64,000 nucleotides of DNA from Hydrolagus colliei. Its lineage: Eukaryota. The position numbers and the translations under genes are program-made. Position 1 is the stretch's first letter; each line of letters starts with the position of its first letter. The stretch lies in NCBI GenBank assembly GCA_035084275.1, contig CM068742.1, forward strand, positions 154,814,001-154,878,000, in the 5' to 3' direction. This document shows, piece after piece, positions 62,095 through 64,000 of the stretch. The notes under the pieces were generated by a model, which did not search any database, was not told the origin of the DNA, and worked only from the letters and a program-made list of their open reading frames with translations.

Positions 62095-62467
62095 CTTTCG
62101 CCTTTCCCTCTGCTCCCTTTTCCTCCATTCTTTCCCTCTCCCCCTTTCCCCCCTTCCTTCCCTCTTTCCCCTTACCCCCCTTTCTGCCCCCATTTCTCCC
62201 TGATTTTAACCCCCCACCTTTCCCTCCCTCTCCCCCCAATCTTTTCCCCCTTTCTCCCCTAACCCCACTTCCACGACTGTTTGTGGGACGCCACTGTGCG
62301 CAGTTTGGCTGCTGCGTTTTGTCCACAAATTTCCAGTCTCCTACTCTCCTTCCCCCTACCCCTCGCCTGCCCCCCCACTACCGTTTTGGTCCCTACCTGA
62401 ATGTTCAGCGCCTTGGGACATCCTCCCGATGTGAAAGGCGCTATATAAATGTAATTTTGTTGTTGTT
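62095..62467 (+). mobile_element. Mosaic element: pyrimidine tract + SINE core + pyrimidine tract + L2 tail
   Basis: Interrupts a minus-strand SINE head; same 3' architecture as 10056-10620. Confidence 0.65.
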
Positions 62468-62601
62468 AGCGAGTGCTCTAACCACAGGAGCTCTAATGAC
62501 AGTAAAACCTGTGAAACTTTGAGATGTTTTGTTGAGATATTAAAGTTTTACATCAAATCCAAGTATTATCATCATTATTTATGTTTATTTTTCTTCCACA
62601 G

Positions 62602-62742
62602 CTGGAACCCCGACCCCTTCGAACGCCATACGTTCTGGACGCTCTCCATCGGAGGTGTCTTTTTGATGTTGTCTCTGTACGGCGTGAACCAGGCCCAGGT
62701 CCAACGCTACCTCAGCTCCCGGACTGAGCGGGAGGCTATACT
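62602..62742 (+). CDS. SLC5A6: SLC5A6 coding exon 6 ([33 protein letters not shown]); gene continues past the window
   Basis: ccacag| ... |gtgagt, 141 nt. Confidence 0.95.
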
Positions 62743-63214
62743 GTGAGTTCTGAATCACCATAGACCACATTACTCCATGCTTGATATCTGTACTGGGCTT
62801 ATTCGCACCAGCAATATAAAAACATTGGACATGGGAAGATAGGGAGTCCTGTAGCTCAGTGGTTAGAGCGCTCGCCTTACAAACATAAGACCTATGTTTC
62901 GAATCCAGGCAGTTCATGGTGAAACCTTGGACAAGTTTCTATACTCCACACGCCTAATAATAATACGTACAAAAATAACCTATAATAAAAAATTGGTCAT
63001 TTCAACCCACGGCTGTTTGTGGGGACGCTGCTTTGCGCAATTGGCTGCCGCATTTCGCCCACAAATATACAGTCACTTCACTTTACAGTATATTCTGTGA
63101 AACACTTTGAGACGTCTAGAAGACGTGATAACGATCAAGTGCACAGATTAGGATTATTATTATTTATTGTCAACTGGCTCAGTTGGTAGCATTCGCCTTT
63201 AAGTCAAGTCCCAT

Positions 63215-63580
63215 AGATTCATAGAATTTTACGGCACAAAAGGAGGCCATTCGACCCATCTAGTCTGTGCCGGCTCTTTGAAAAGAGCGATTCAATCCCA
63301 CTGCCCGCTCCCCATAGCCTAATAGACCTGTTCTCCCTAAATAAAGATCTAATTCCCTTTTAAAATTTGTTATCGAATCAGCCTCCACCACCTTTTCAGG
63401 CAATGCATTCCAGATTCGAACAACTCGCTGAGTGAAAACATTTCTCCTCAGCTCCCCTCTACTTCGCCTTGAAACTATTTTAAATCTGTGACCACGAGTC
63501 ACAGATTCGCCCACGAGTGGAAATAGTTTTTCTCCATTTGCCCTGTCAAAACCCCTCATGATCTTATAAACCTCTATTAT
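63215..63580 (-). mobile_element. Young CR1 3' fragment, near-identical to 9700-10055
   Basis: Only scattered mismatches by eye; shows the uninterrupted EVYKIM-RGFDR junction. Confidence 0.92.
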
Positions 63581-64000
63581 GTTGGGATCTGGCCTCACAC
63601 TATCTAAGCTAACGAGCATGACCGTGGAGGGCAGCGCTGGGGGGATTGTTGCATTGTTGGAGGTGCTGCCTTCAGATGAGATCTTAAACCGAGGCCCAAT
63701 CTGCCTGTTCAGGCAGATATTAAAGATCCTGCGGTGCAATTCGTAAAGAGAATGAGTTTCTCTCTCCCAGTGTTCTGGCCAGCAATCCTCCAAATAAAAT
63801 CGGTCACTCAAACCACGGCTGTTTGTGGGACGCTTCTGTGTGTGACTAGCTGCCATGTTTTTCCCATAGAATACACGCTCATTTTACATTACAAGATATC
63901 CTGTGAAGCTCTTTGAGACGTCTTGAGGATGTGATGAAGCGCTATATCAAAATTGACAGATTATTATCATTATTATTATGACATTCCCAATGCAGTATGG

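Noticed and set aside
52513-63000. tRNA genes (A/B-box sequences such as gctcagtggttagagc..gttcgaatcc)
   Set aside because: Each continues into SINE body and tail and lacks a full acceptor stem; these are SINE heads

Overview
Repeat-dense vertebrate genomic DNA, most likely a cartilaginous fish. This is inferred from the repeat set: CR1 LINEs with (ATTCTATG)n/(TTCTTATG)n tails, L2 LINEs with (TTG)n tails, tRNA-headed and Deu-type SINEs, and Penelope relics. Left half (minus strand): a tandem cluster of three SIGLEC15-like Ig-lectin gene copies, reconstructed by hand from splice sites. Copy A (33077-21860) has signal peptide, V1, V2, C2+TM with a membrane Lys, and a short tail, about 467 aa. 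Its V2 domain carries four His-rich 15-aa repeats in the CDR3-equivalent F-G loop, and neither V domain has the sialic-acid-binding Arg. Copy B (18232-8322) has signal peptide, an Arg-containing V and a truncated V2. Copy C (3062-767) has signal peptide and an Arg-containing V, and runs off the window. A near-complete young CR1 in the first intron of copy B is interrupted by a ~1.3-kb mosaic insert (10056-11371). The insert joins a PEBP4-like fragment, a UQCC2 N-terminal fragment with an expanded 12-nt repeat, and a histone H2B C-terminal fragment to SINE cores and an L2 3' tail. Centre: a CpG-island promoter at about 41.1-41.65 kb. Right half (plus strand): the first six coding exons of SLC5A6 (sodium-dependent multivitamin transporter), with a perfect 67-bp hairpin in its first intron. 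All homology calls come from recalled protein sequences and hand alignment; no database search was run.
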